A stretch of 64,000 nt of DNA from Prosthecochloris vibrioformis (GTDB taxonomy: Bacteria; Pseudomonadota; Alphaproteobacteria; Sphingomonadales; Sphingomonadaceae): positions 2,369 through 66,368 of the forward strand of contig CALRJR020000009.1 of NCBI GenBank assembly GCA_943367575.1, read 5' to 3'. The translations under genes were made by a program, and so were the position numbers. Shown piece after piece: positions 1 through 9,499 of this stretch (its first letter is position 1; each line of letters starts with the position of its first letter). A model generated the notes under the pieces. It made no database searches. It was not told the origin of the DNA and saw only the letters and a list, made by a program, of their open reading frames with translations.

Positions 1-915
1 GCACCTCACGACCCACCGCCTGCCAATCGTCGATCGGCAACTCGACCCCGATATGGCGCGCGATCGCGGCAAGGTGGATCGGCGCGTTGGTCGATCCGCC
101 GATTGCGGTGTTGACCCGGATCGCGTTGTGGAATGCTTCCCGCGTCAGCAAGTCGGATGGCTTCATGTCCTCCGCCACCATCTCGACGATGCGCAGGCCG
201 GTGCGATACGCCACCTCCTGCCGGTCGCGATAGGGCGCTGGGATCGCCGCCGATCCGGGCAGCGACATGCCCAGCGCCTCGGCGAGCGAGTTCATCGTCG
301 TCGCCGTGCCCATGGTGTTGCAATAGCCGGTCGAGGGCGCGGAAGAGGCGACGAGGCGGATGAATTCGTCCGCGTCGATCTCCCCCGCCGCCAGCATCTC
401 GCGCGCCTTCCACACGATCGTTCCCGATCCGGTGCGCTCGCCCTTGTGCCAGCCATTGAGCATCGGCCCGACCGACAGCGCGATCGCGGGGATGTTCACC
501 GTCGCCGCCGCCATCAGGCAGGCGGGTGTCGTCTTGTCGCAGCCGATGGTCAGCACCACCCCGTCGAGCGGATAGCCGTAGAGCACCTCGACCAGCGCGA
601 GATAGGCCAGGTTGCGGTCGAGCCCGGCGGTAGGCCGCTTTCCGGTTTCCTGGATCGGATGCACCGGAAATTCGATCGCGATCCCGCCCGCCTCGCGAAT
701 GCCCTCACGCACCCGCTCCGCCAGCACGAGATGATGACGATTGCACGGGCTGAGGTCCGATCCCGTCTGCGCGATGCCGATGATCGGCTTGCCCGAACGC
801 AGCTCGTCCAGGCTGAGGCCGAAGTTGAGATAGCGCTCGAGATAGAGCGCGGTCATGTCGATATTGTCGGGGTTATCGAACCAGGCGCGCGAGCGCAGCG
901 GCTTGTCTGTGGTCA
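1..915 (-). CDS. IlvD/Edd-family sugar-acid dehydratase (D-xylonate / L-arabinonate dehydratase-like), N-terminal 305 codons; the rest of the gene lies left of the window
   Basis: The frame is open to the window edge, so it is absent from the ORF track. My minus-strand translation from ATG 915-913 reads [79 protein letters not shown]. These are N-terminal blocks of IlvD/Edd dehydratases and are close to Caulobacter XylD as I recall it. Plus-strand ORF 53..952 is its antisense shadow. Confidence 0.85.
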
Positions 916-923
916 TTTGATAC

Positions 924-2051
924 TCAGTCTGTGGAAAGGCGGTAGATCATGACGTGGCGATAGGGCTTGCCCGGATCGACGCGTGCCGAGGCGAAGGTGG
1001 GCTTGTTCGGCGCGTCGGGGAATTTCTGCGGCTCCAGCGCGATGCCGTCACCCATGCGGTAGATCCGCCCGCTGCGCCCCGCGACGGTGCCGTCGAGGAA
1101 ATTGCCGCTGTAGAATTGCAGGCCAGGCTCGGTGCTCAGCACCTCCAGCACCCGGCCCGACACCGGATCCTCCAGCCGCGCGGCGAGTTGCGGCGTCGCG
1201 GTTTGCCCCTTGTCGAGCGCCCAGTTGTGGTCATAGCCGCGCCCCGCAACGATCTGCGGATCGCGCCCGTCGCGTAGTCCTTCGGCGACCAGCCGGGGCT
1301 TGCGGAAATCGAACACCCCGCCTTCGACGGGTTTCAGTTCGCCGGTCGGGATCAGCGCCGCATCGACCGGGGTGTAGGCGCGCGCCGGGATGGTCAGCAG
1401 CAGGCGCGACGTCCCCTCGGGCGCGCCGTCGCCTGCCATGTTGAACAGCGCGTGGTTGGTCATGTTGACAATGGTCGGCTTGTCGGTCGACGCGTCGAAT
1501 TCGATCGTCAGGTCCCCCTTGTCGTCCAGCGCGTAGGTGACCTTGACCGCCAGCGTGCCGGGATAGCCCTGATCGCCGTCGGGGCTGGTCAGCGCCATGA
1601 CCACGCGCGCGACCGAACCGCTGGAGACCGACACGATCCGCCAGTTGCGCTTGTCGAATCCCTGCGTGCCGCCATGCAGCGAATTGGCCTTGTCGTTCTG
1701 GGTCAGCTGATAGGCGCGCCCGTCGAGCGTGAAGCGCCCGCCCGCGATACGATTTGCATAGCGGCCGACGGTGACGCCGAAATAGTTGGGCTTCTTCTCG
1801 TAGTCGGCGGCATCGTCGAAACCGAGCGTGATTTCCGCCGGCTTGCCGGACCGGTCGGGCGCGACCAGCGACTGCAGCGTCGCGCCATAGGTCAGGATCC
1901 GGGCGGCCACACCGCGCGCGTTTTTCAGCGTCACCGCCTCGATCGGCGTGCCGTCGGCCAGCTTGCCCGCATCGCTGCGCACCGCGTCCGCAGCATGAGC
2001 AGGAGTTGCAGTTACGCAGAGCAGTGCCGCGACCATCATCGCCCTCATCAT
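924..2051 (-). CDS. galM: aldose 1-epimerase (mutarotase), probably exported
   Basis: ORF 924..2123, with the start moved to ATG 2051 (GGGGAG lies 4 nt upstream). The N-terminus [20 protein letters not shown] is signal-like. The blocks [20 protein letters not shown] and NSLHGG..GFDKRNW are typical of aldose 1-epimerases. Confidence 0.85.
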   Translation of the reverse strand: MMRAMMVAALLCVTATPAHAADAVRSDAGKLADGTPIEAVTLKNARGVAARILTYGATLQSLVAPDRSGKPAEITLGFDDAADYEKKPNYFGVTVGRYANRIAGGRFTLDGRAYQLTQNDKANSLHGGTQGFDKRNWRIVSVSSGSVARVVMALTSPDGDQGYPGTLAVKVTYALDDKGDLTIEFDASTDKPTIVNMTNHALFNMAGDGAPEGTSRLLLTIPARAYTPVDAALIPTGELKPVEGGVFDFRKPRLVAEGLRDGRDPQIVAGRGYDHNWALDKGQTATPQLAARLEDPVSGRVLEVLSTEPGLQFYSGNFLDGTVAGRSGRIYRMGDGIALEPQKFPDAPNKPTFASARVDPGKPYRHVMIYRLSTD

Positions 2052-2150
2052 CCGACTCCCCTTTTGACTTGCCCGGATTGACCGGTGTCGCGCTTGCTTA
2101 TACTCCGACAAAATAACGGGCAAGCAAATTGCCGGACATGGAGGGGTTGC

Positions 2151-3470
2151 ATGGCAGTGTCACCGATCGGCGCGACGAATCCGCACAGCGATAGGGCGGC
2201 GCCGCGCAGCTACCGCCCCGCGCTGACGCTGCTCGCCAGCCTGTTTTTCATGTGGGGGTTCATCACCGTCATCAACGGCACGCTGCTGCCGCATCTGCGG
2301 AGCGTGTTCGACCTCAACTACACCGAAACCACACTGATCGAGAGCGTGTGGTTCATCGCCTATTTCGTCGCGTCGATTCCGTCGGCCAAGCTCATCGAAC
2401 GCATCGGCTATCAGAAGGCGCTGGTTACCGGGCTGCTGATCATGGCCGCAGGGTCGCTCGGCATGATGCTGGCGGCGAGCATCCCGTCCTATGGCGTGAC
2501 GCTGACCATGTTGTTCGTGATCGCCAGCGGGATCACGCTGCTGCAGGTCGCGGCAAACCCCTATGTCGCGGTGATCGGTCCGGCCGAGACGTCGTCAGCG
2601 CGGCTCAATCTGGTGCAGGCGTTCAACTCGCTCGGCACCGTGCTCGCACCGTTATTCGGTGCCTATCTCATCCTCGGGCGCTCGGTCGGCGGCACCGCCG
2701 AACATGGCCGGGTGCTGACGCAGGCTGAGCGACTGGCGGACGCGCAGTCGGTTATCCTGCCCTATGGCTTGGTCGCGCTGGTGCTGGTGATCCTGGCGCT
2801 GATCATCGGCCGCTTCCCGCTGCCCGCGATGGGCAAGGCGACCGCGCGGATCAGCGATGGCGTGGCGAAGACGGGCTCTGCCTGGACCCGCTTCGTGACG
2901 CACCCGATGTGGCGGCACCGCAACCTCGTGTGGGGCGTGCCTGCGATCTTCATCTACCTGATCGCGGAGATCGGCGTCGCGAACCTTTTCGTCAACTTCG
3001 TCGCTCAGCCCAGCATCGCCAATCTGACGACCGAGCAGGCCGGCCGTTACCTCACGCTGATGTGGCTGGGGATGATGGTCGGGCGGTTTGCGGGCGCCAT
3101 CGCAATGCGCTGGATCAAGGCGGAGACCCTGCTGGCGTGTTTCAGCGTCGGCGCGTTCATCGTGATGCTGGTGACCGTGTTCGTCGACGGGCCGATCGCG
3201 ATGTGGTCGTTGATCCTGGTCGGACTGTTCCACTCGATCATGTTCCCGACGATCTTCACGCTCGGGATCAAGGGGCTGGGGCGCTACACCGAAGAAGCCT
3301 CCGGCCTGCTAATCATGGCGATTGCCGGGGGCGCGCTGGTCGCGGTGCAGGGCTGGCTGGCCGACAGCTTTGGCCTGCAGATGTCGTTCCTGCTGACCGC
3401 AGCATGTGAGCTCTATGTGCTGTGGTACGCGCTGTGGGGGTCCAAGCCGGTGGAGGAAGCCGCCGCATGA
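2151..3470 (+). CDS. MFS sugar:H+ symporter of the FucP/GluP (fucose / glucose-galactose) type
   Basis: ORF 2085..3470, with the start set at ATG 2151 preceded by GGAGGGG. The sequence is hydrophobic and multi-TM throughout. The N-terminal block LFFMWGFITVINGTLLPHLR is characteristic of FucP/GluP transporters. Confidence 0.85.
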   Translation: MAVSPIGATNPHSDRAAPRSYRPALTLLASLFFMWGFITVINGTLLPHLRSVFDLNYTETTLIESVWFIAYFVASIPSAKLIERIGYQKALVTGLLIMAAGSLGMMLAASIPSYGVTLTMLFVIASGITLLQVAANPYVAVIGPAETSSARLNLVQAFNSLGTVLAPLFGAYLILGRSVGGTAEHGRVLTQAERLADAQSVILPYGLVALVLVILALIIGRFPLPAMGKATARISDGVAKTGSAWTRFVTHPMWRHRNLVWGVPAIFIYLIAEIGVANLFVNFVAQPSIANLTTEQAGRYLTLMWLGMMVGRFAGAIAMRWIKAETLLACFSVGAFIVMLVTVFVDGPIAMWSLILVGLFHSIMFPTIFTLGIKGLGRYTEEASGLLIMAIAGGALVAVQGWLADSFGLQMSFLLTAACELYVLWYALWGSKPVEEAAA

Positions 3471-4441
3471 TCCGCGCCACCATCCTGGCCGCCGCGCTGG
3501 CGCTGACCCAGACGACGCCGGTACCGGGGTCGAACCCGATCATCCGCGACAAGTTCACCGCCGACCCCGCTCCGCTCGTCGTTGGCGACCGCCTCTACCT
3601 CTATGTCGGGCACGACCAGGCGCGCGGAGACGAGATGTTCAACATGCGCGAATGGCTGGTCTATTCGACCACCGACATGCGCACCTGGACCGATCATGGT
3701 CCGATCATGAATGTCGCCGATTTCAAATGGGCCAAGAAGGACGCCTGGGCATCGCAGGTGATCCAGAAGAACGGCAAGTTCTGGTTCTATACTGCGGTCG
3801 AGCATGACGACACCCATCCGGGCAAGGCGATCGGCGTCGCGGTGTCGGACAAGCCGACCGGGCCGTTCGTCGATGCCAAGGGCAGCGCGCTGATCACCAA
3901 CCAGATGACGCCCAAGGGCACGCACAGCTGGGAGGATATCGACCCCACGGTGTTCACCGACGATGATGGCACGACCTGGATCGCGTGGGGCAATCGTCAG
4001 GCCTATATCGCCAAGCTCAAGCCCAACATGATCGAGATCGACGGCGCGATCACCGAGATTACGCCGCCGCATTTCGAGGAAGGGCCGTGGCTGCACAAGC
4101 GCGGGAACCTCTATTACCTCACCTACGCCTCACTCGACCGCGCGACGCACAAGGATGAGCGCGTGTCCTACTCAACCGCGCCGTCGATTACAGGGCCGTG
4201 GACCTATCGCGGCGAGTTGACCGGATCGGGCAAGAACAGCTTCACCATCCATCCCGGCATCGCGCAGTTCAAGGGCAGCTGGTACCTGTTCCTGCACAAT
4301 GCCGCGCTCAGCATCGGCGATCAGCAGGGCGCGCTCGGCCGCCGCGCGGTGACCGTGGAGCATCTGCGCTATGACGCCAACGGCATGATGCTGCCCGTCG
4401 TCCAGACCGATGCCGGCGTGACCGCGCCCCCACCCCGCTGA
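3467..4441 (+). CDS. glycoside hydrolase family 43 (beta-xylosidase / alpha-L-arabinofuranosidase-like), exported
   Basis: ORF 3422..4441. ATG 3467 overlaps the upstream stop (ATGA) and GGAGGAAG lies upstream. MIRATILAAALALTQ is signal-like. NPIIRDKFTADPAP, DPTVFTDDDGTTWIAWGN and EGPWLHKRGNLYYLTYA resemble the three acidic catalytic blocks of GH43. Confidence 0.85.
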   Translation: MIRATILAAALALTQTTPVPGSNPIIRDKFTADPAPLVVGDRLYLYVGHDQARGDEMFNMREWLVYSTTDMRTWTDHGPIMNVADFKWAKKDAWASQVIQKNGKFWFYTAVEHDDTHPGKAIGVAVSDKPTGPFVDAKGSALITNQMTPKGTHSWEDIDPTVFTDDDGTTWIAWGNRQAYIAKLKPNMIEIDGAITEITPPHFEEGPWLHKRGNLYYLTYASLDRATHKDERVSYSTAPSITGPWTYRGELTGSGKNSFTIHPGIAQFKGSWYLFLHNAALSIGDQQGALGRRAVTVEHLRYDANGMMLPVVQTDAGVTAPPPR

Positions 4442-4458
4442 CCTTCAGGAGAACCGCC

Positions 4459-5376
4459 ATGTTCTTTCGCGCATCCGCCCTTGCCGCTGCCCTGCTCCTC
4501 AACACCGCAACGCCGGCATTGGCGCAGAACGACCGGATGACCCCGATCGCGATTCCTGCGCAGCCGAACGCGATCCCGCTCGGCACCGGCGCACTGCCCG
4601 GCGGCAACAACCCCGAGAGCTGGCACAGCCAATATGGCAGCGTGTTCGCGCGCAATGTGACCGAAGCGACGCTGACCCCCTTCCTGCCCGATCCGGCCAA
4701 GGCCACCGGCACAGCAGTGATCGTCGCGCCGGGCGGCGGCTTCCGCACGCTGTCGATGGAGAATGAGGGCTGGGCCGTGGCGCGCGCGCTCGCCGATCGC
4801 GGGGTTGCCGCCTTCGTCCTCAAATATCGCCTCAACCAGACGCCGGCAGACATGGCCGGGTTCGAGGCGTCGATGCGGCAGATGTTCTCCGGCGCCGCGG
4901 GTCCCGCCCGCCCCTCTCCCGATGCGCAGCTCGCCGGGCTGACGCCGCAGATCGCCGACGCGCGCGCCGCCTTCGCGCTGGTGCGCAAGCGTGCCGGGGA
5001 GTGGAAGGTCGATCCGAACCGCATCGGCATGGTCGGCTTCTCGGCCGGCGCGATGCTGACGATGGCGACGACGGTGGCAGGCGTGGATGCCAAGCCCGCG
5101 TTCATCGGCAACATCTATGGCCCGCTGTCGGCAATGACGATCCCCGCCGACGCGCCGCCGCTATTCGTCGCGCTGGCGGCCGACGATCCGCTGTTCGGTA
5201 ATATCGACTACGGCCTGGTCAATGCATGGCGCACCGCCAAGCGCCCGGTCGAGTTCCACCTCTACGAACAGGGCGGTCATGGTTTCGGCATGTATCCGAA
5301 GGAGACGACCAGCACCGGCTGGTTCGATGCCTTTGTCAGCTGGATGACGATGCACGGCTATCTGAAACGGGGGTGA
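4459..5376 (+). CDS. exported alpha/beta-hydrolase esterase (acetyl/feruloyl-esterase-like, BD-FAE type)
   Basis: There is an AGGAGA RBS before ATG 4459. The N-terminus MFFRASALAAALLLNTATPALA is signal-like. It carries the APGGGF block, the nucleophile elbow GFSAGA, and the late acidic/His blocks DDPLF and GGHGF. Confidence 0.8.
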   Translation: MFFRASALAAALLLNTATPALAQNDRMTPIAIPAQPNAIPLGTGALPGGNNPESWHSQYGSVFARNVTEATLTPFLPDPAKATGTAVIVAPGGGFRTLSMENEGWAVARALADRGVAAFVLKYRLNQTPADMAGFEASMRQMFSGAAGPARPSPDAQLAGLTPQIADARAAFALVRKRAGEWKVDPNRIGMVGFSAGAMLTMATTVAGVDAKPAFIGNIYGPLSAMTIPADAPPLFVALAADDPLFGNIDYGLVNAWRTAKRPVEFHLYEQGGHGFGMYPKETTSTGWFDAFVSWMTMHGYLKRG

Positions 5377-5392
5377 GCGGGCAGCGACCCGC

Positions 5393-7912
5393 TCAGAGCC
5401 TCCGCAGCGCCTGAGCGGGGCGCACCGACAGCACCGGCAGCGATCCGAGCAACCCGATCCCGAGCGTGAGCAACGCGCCCAGCCCCAGCGTCGCGCCGAC
5501 GATGCTCCAGTCGGGTGCCCAGCCGAACTCGAACACCCCAGTGATGACATACCACGCCGCCAGTCCGCCCAGCCCCAGCGCGAGTGCCGCGAGGGTCAGC
5601 GCGAGGAGCGCATATTCGAGCGCCTGCGCCGCGAGAATCTGCCGCCGGGTCGCGCCCAAGGTCTTGAGGATGACGCTGTCGTAACTGCGCGCCTGACGCG
5701 ACGCTGCGATCGCGCCGACCAGCACGGCGATGCCAGCCAGGATCGTGACCGAGGCCGAGAGCAGGATCGCGGTCGCCATCTGGTCAAGGATCGTGCGCAC
5801 CTGTCCCACCACCTCGCTCACCGCGATGATCGAGGCCGAGGGGAACGCGCCGAGCAGCGCGCGCGATACCTTGCCCTCGTTCTTCGGCTCCATGTCGATC
5901 GTCGCGGTCAGGCTGTGCGGCGCGGCGGCGAGCGTGTTGGGCGAGAAGACGAGGACATAGTTGAAGCCCATCGTGTCCCAATTGACCTGACGCAACGACG
6001 CGATCCGCGCCTCGATCTCGCGGCCGAGGATGCTGACGGTCATGGTGTCGCCGACGCCGACGTTGAGCAATGTCGCGGCCTCACGGTCGAGTGACACCAA
6101 AGGCGGCCCGGCATAGTCCTTGGGCCACCACTGCCCGGCGACCAGCTCGCTGCCCTGCGGCAGCACGTCGGAATAGGTGACGCCACGCTCGCCGCGCAGG
6201 AACCACGCACCTTCGGGCAGGGTCTTGAGGTCGGCGACACGCTGCTTTCCATAGGCGGTGATCGTGCCGCGCAGCGACGGGACGATGTTGAGCTGCGCCT
6301 CAGGGGCTTCGCGCTTCACCAATGCAGAGAAGGCGTCGCGGGATTCGGACGGGATGTCGAGCACGAACTGGCTCGGCGCGCGTTGCGGCACCGCGCGCTC
6401 GATCTCGGCATCGAGGCTGGTCTGGATCGCGGCGAGCGTGACGAACAGCGTCAGCGCAAGGCCGAGCGCGATCACCAGCGCCACGGTTTGCGCGCCGGGG
6501 CGATGTAGGTTGGACAAAGCGAGGCGCAGCAGCGGGCGGCGCGGACGCGGCAGCTTGGCCGATACGCGCCGGATCAGCGCGCCGATGCCGAGCAGCACCA
6601 ACAGCACCAGCGCCACCGCGCCGAGCACCGCGGCGGCGAAGATCGGCTCCCGCGCGGTGACCAGCGCCAGCGTCACCACCAGCGCTCCTGCGAGCGCGAC
6701 CAGCGCGACGCTGCGGCGGTCGATCCGGCGCGTCTCCTCTACCCCGCTGCGCAGCTGTGCCGCAGCCGGATGGGTGCGCGCGCGCGCCAGTGGCGGCATG
6801 GCGAAGGCAAAGGCGATCAGCAGGCCATAGGCGGCGCTGGTCACTAGCGGCAGTGGATAGACCGCAAAACCCGGCGCGACCGGCAACAGGTCACCCGCCA
6901 GCGCCACGAACGCGATCGGCAGCACCGCACCGACCACCAGCCCCGCGCCCACCGCCAGCGCCGACGCCGCGGCAATCTGGAGCAGATAGATGCGGCTGAT
7001 ATCGGCCGATGTCGCGCCGAGGATCTTGAACGTCGCGATCCCGCCGCGCTTTTGCCCGAGATAAGAGGCGACGCCGTTGCTCACCCCGATCCCGGCGATG
7101 ACCAAGGCGGCGAGGCCGATCAGCGCGAGGAATTGCCCCATCCGCTCGAAGAAGCGCACCGCACCCGGCGCGGCGCGGTCGCGGGTCTTGTATTCGAAGC
7201 CGGCGGTCGGGTAGCGGCTCTTGAGCCCGTCCACCGCCTCTTCGGGCGTCACGCCGGGGTTGAGGCGGATGCGGTATTTGGTTTCGTAGAGTGCGCCCGG
7301 TTGCAGCAATCCGGTGCGCTTCATCCCGTCGAGCGAGACGATGGCGACAGGACCGAGCGTGAACCCCTCCCCCACCCGGTCGGGTTCGTCGGCGATCATG
7401 CCGACAATGCGGAACTCAGCGTCGCCATAGCGCACCCGGTCGCCGGTCTTGAGTAGCAGCCGTTCGGAGAGCGACTTGCCGATCAGCACCGCATCGGGCG
7501 CGAGCGGCGCGTAGGAGCCCTGCTCCAGCGTCAGGCTGCCATAGAGCGGATAGCGGGCATCGACGCCTTTGAGTTCGGTCAGCACCGCATCGGGCGCGCC
7601 TGCAACGGGCGTTGCGCGCCGTGCCATTGCGCGGGTGCGGATCGTGTCGCTCACCGTGCCAAACGCGGTGAACGCGGCCCGCTCCTGTGCCGAAGCCTGG
7701 CGCTGAGTCATCGCGACCTCGACATCGCCGCCGAGCAACACCTGTCCGCGCGCCGAAATCTCGCCGGTGATCGAAGCGGTCAGGCTGCCGATCGTCGCCA
7801 GCGTCGCGACGCCGAGGAACAGGCAGACGAGCAGCAGCCGCAACCCGCGAAAGCCGGCATGCAGATCGCGCCGCGCGATGCTCCACGCCGCGCGCCAGCC
7901 CAAGGCGCTCAC
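5393..7912 (-). CDS. ybbP: ABC transporter permease, duplicated FtsX-like domains (YbbP type)
   Basis: It is 839 aa, with a GTG start overlapping the ybbA stop (GTGA). It has two TM bundles, each preceded by a large soluble loop. It sits in the conserved tesA / ybbA-ybbP neighbourhood. Confidence 0.85.
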   Translation of the reverse strand: MSALGWRAAWSIARRDLHAGFRGLRLLLVCLFLGVATLATIGSLTASITGEISARGQVLLGGDVEVAMTQRQASAQERAAFTAFGTVSDTIRTRAMARRATPVAGAPDAVLTELKGVDARYPLYGSLTLEQGSYAPLAPDAVLIGKSLSERLLLKTGDRVRYGDAEFRIVGMIADEPDRVGEGFTLGPVAIVSLDGMKRTGLLQPGALYETKYRIRLNPGVTPEEAVDGLKSRYPTAGFEYKTRDRAAPGAVRFFERMGQFLALIGLAALVIAGIGVSNGVASYLGQKRGGIATFKILGATSADISRIYLLQIAAASALAVGAGLVVGAVLPIAFVALAGDLLPVAPGFAVYPLPLVTSAAYGLLIAFAFAMPPLARARTHPAAAQLRSGVEETRRIDRRSVALVALAGALVVTLALVTAREPIFAAAVLGAVALVLLVLLGIGALIRRVSAKLPRPRRPLLRLALSNLHRPGAQTVALVIALGLALTLFVTLAAIQTSLDAEIERAVPQRAPSQFVLDIPSESRDAFSALVKREAPEAQLNIVPSLRGTITAYGKQRVADLKTLPEGAWFLRGERGVTYSDVLPQGSELVAGQWWPKDYAGPPLVSLDREAATLLNVGVGDTMTVSILGREIEARIASLRQVNWDTMGFNYVLVFSPNTLAAAPHSLTATIDMEPKNEGKVSRALLGAFPSASIIAVSEVVGQVRTILDQMATAILLSASVTILAGIAVLVGAIAASRQARSYDSVILKTLGATRRQILAAQALEYALLALTLAALALGLGGLAAWYVITGVFEFGWAPDWSIVGATLGLGALLTLGIGLLGSLPVLSVRPAQALRRL

Positions 7913-8607
7913 GCGGCGCTGTCCGAAACGATGTGCCCGTCGCGCATCGTCAGCACGCGGTCACACCGGCTGGCGAGAGCCGGGTCATGGGTGATGATCA
8001 GCAAGGTCGCCCCCGCCGCGCGCTGGCGGTCGAACAACAGGTCGACGATCACGCCGCTGGTCGTGCCATCGAGATTGCCGGTCGGTTCGTCGGCGAAGAT
8101 GATTTCGGGCCGCCCCGCCACCGCGCGCGCGATGGCGACGCGCTGTTGCTCGCCGCCCGACAGCTGCACCGGATAATGGGTCAGACGATGGCCCAGGCCA
8201 ACCGCCTCCAGCTCCGCCGCAGCGCGCGCAAAGGCATCGTCCGCGCCCGCCAGCTCCAGCGGCACCGCGACATTTTCCAGCGCGGTCATCGTGGGCAACA
8301 GGTGGAACGCCTGCAGCACGATGCCGACCCGTCCGCGCCGTGCGCGCGCCAGACCGTCCTCGTCCAGCGTGTCATAGGCGATTCCGGCGACGCTCACGCT
8401 GCCGCCGCTCGCCTGTTCGAGGCCCGACAGGATGGCCATCAGCGACGACTTGCCCGATCCCGACGGACCGAGGATCGCAACGCTGCTCCCGCGCGCGATT
8501 TCGACATCGATTCCCTTCAGAATTTCGGTCGGCGCTTCGCGCGTTCCAAGCGTCAGGGTGACATTGCGCGCGCGGATTGCGATATCCGCCACCGGTTCGA
8601 TCGACAT
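7909..8607 (-). CDS. ybbA: ABC transporter ATP-binding protein (YbbA type)
   Basis: It has Walker A GPSGSGKSS, ABC signature LSGGEQQRVAIARA and Walker B IIFADEPTGNLD. The ATG at 8607 was verified. Confidence 0.92.
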   Translation of the reverse strand: MSIEPVADIAIRARNVTLTLGTREAPTEILKGIDVEIARGSSVAILGPSGSGKSSLMAILSGLEQASGGSVSVAGIAYDTLDEDGLARARRGRVGIVLQAFHLLPTMTALENVAVPLELAGADDAFARAAAELEAVGLGHRLTHYPVQLSGGEQQRVAIARAVAGRPEIIFADEPTGNLDGTTSGVIVDLLFDRQRAAGATLLIITHDPALASRCDRVLTMRDGHIVSDSAA

Positions 8608-8615
8608 AGGTGGAG

Positions 8616-9344
8616 ATGACGTCCTTGATCAGAAAGCTTGCCCCATATGCGGGCGCGGTGCTCCTCCTCCAAGGGCTGAGCGCCTGTTCGGGTGAAAATG
8701 ATGCCGCGAACCAGTCGCTCGCGACCCCGGCGACCCCCGCGGCAGTAGCTAGTGCGGGGGCGGAGAAGGCCGACGCGCGGCTGGTCGTCGCCTTCGGGGA
8801 CAGCCTCTACGCCGGCTATGGCGTGTTGCCGCAGGAGAGTTTCCCTGCGCAGCTGGAAAAGGCTCTGGCAGCGCGCGGGATCCCCGCGAGCGTGCGCAAT
8901 GCCGGAGTCTCGGGCGACACCAGCTCGGCGGGCCTGCGCCGCCTGGCCTTCACGCTCGACGGGCTGGATCGCAAGCCGGACCTCGTCATGGTCAATCTGG
9001 GCGGGAACGACATGCTGCGCGGGATCGATCCGGCGGAGACGCGCGCGAACCTGACCGCGATCTGCGAGGAGCTGAAGAAGCGCGGCATCCCGATCATGCT
9101 GACCGGCATGATCGCCGCGCCGAACATGGGGCGCGACTATGCCGATGCGTTCAACGCGATCTATGGCGATCTGGCCAAGCGCTATGACGCGGTGCTCTAC
9201 CCGTTCTTCCTCGATCAGGTGGTGACCGATCAGACGCTGATGCTGCCCGATCGTATTCATCCCAATCCGCAGGGTCTGACGAAGATCGTCGGACGGGTGA
9301 CGCCGTTGGTGGCAGAGGCGCTGAAGCCGGGCAAGGCGGGCTAG
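8616..9344 (+). CDS. tesA: SGNH arylesterase / acyl-CoA thioesterase I-like lipoprotein
   Basis: ORF 8610..9344 opens with GTG, and the first ATG is at 8616. LLQGLSAC is lipobox-like. The SGNH blocks FGDSLYAGYG, GGNDMLRG and DRIHPN are present. Confidence 0.88.
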   Translation: MTSLIRKLAPYAGAVLLLQGLSACSGENDAANQSLATPATPAAVASAGAEKADARLVVAFGDSLYAGYGVLPQESFPAQLEKALAARGIPASVRNAGVSGDTSSAGLRRLAFTLDGLDRKPDLVMVNLGGNDMLRGIDPAETRANLTAICEELKKRGIPIMLTGMIAAPNMGRDYADAFNAIYGDLAKRYDAVLYPFFLDQVVTDQTLMLPDRIHPNPQGLTKIVGRVTPLVAEALKPGKAG

Positions 9345-9392
9345 GCACCGCCTTTTGGGTTGCCATGCGCGCAGCCCCCGCTTATCACAACA

Positions 9393-9404
9393 GCAATCGA
9401 TTGC
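9393..9404. promoter_or_regulatory. LacI-type operator palindrome, copy 1 (GCAATCGATTGC)
   Basis: This is a perfect 12-bp palindrome with a central CG. It is intergenic, about 95 nt upstream of ATG 9500. It is one of five related copies in the window. Confidence 0.6.
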
Positions 9405-9499
9405 ATAAAGCGGTCGCCGGGCGGGGAGAGGAATGCTGAACATGCGTGTGCATGCCGATCTGCCGCCGTCTGTCCTCGGTTCCAACGGGATGTCTTGCC

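Noticed and set aside
53-952. 299-aa plus-strand ORF at the left edge
   Set aside because: It is Arg/Gly/Asp-rich and low in complexity, with no RBS. It lies exactly antisense to a minus-strand frame that translates into a convincing IlvD/Edd dehydratase N-terminus. It is a high-GC shadow ORF.
2124-2132. GCAAATTGC in the galM/transporter divergent region as a possible sixth LacI operator
   Set aside because: It shares only the GCAA/TTGC half-sites. The spacing differs (odd palindrome, no central CG) and it is only 9 bp long. I did not count it as part of the motif family.
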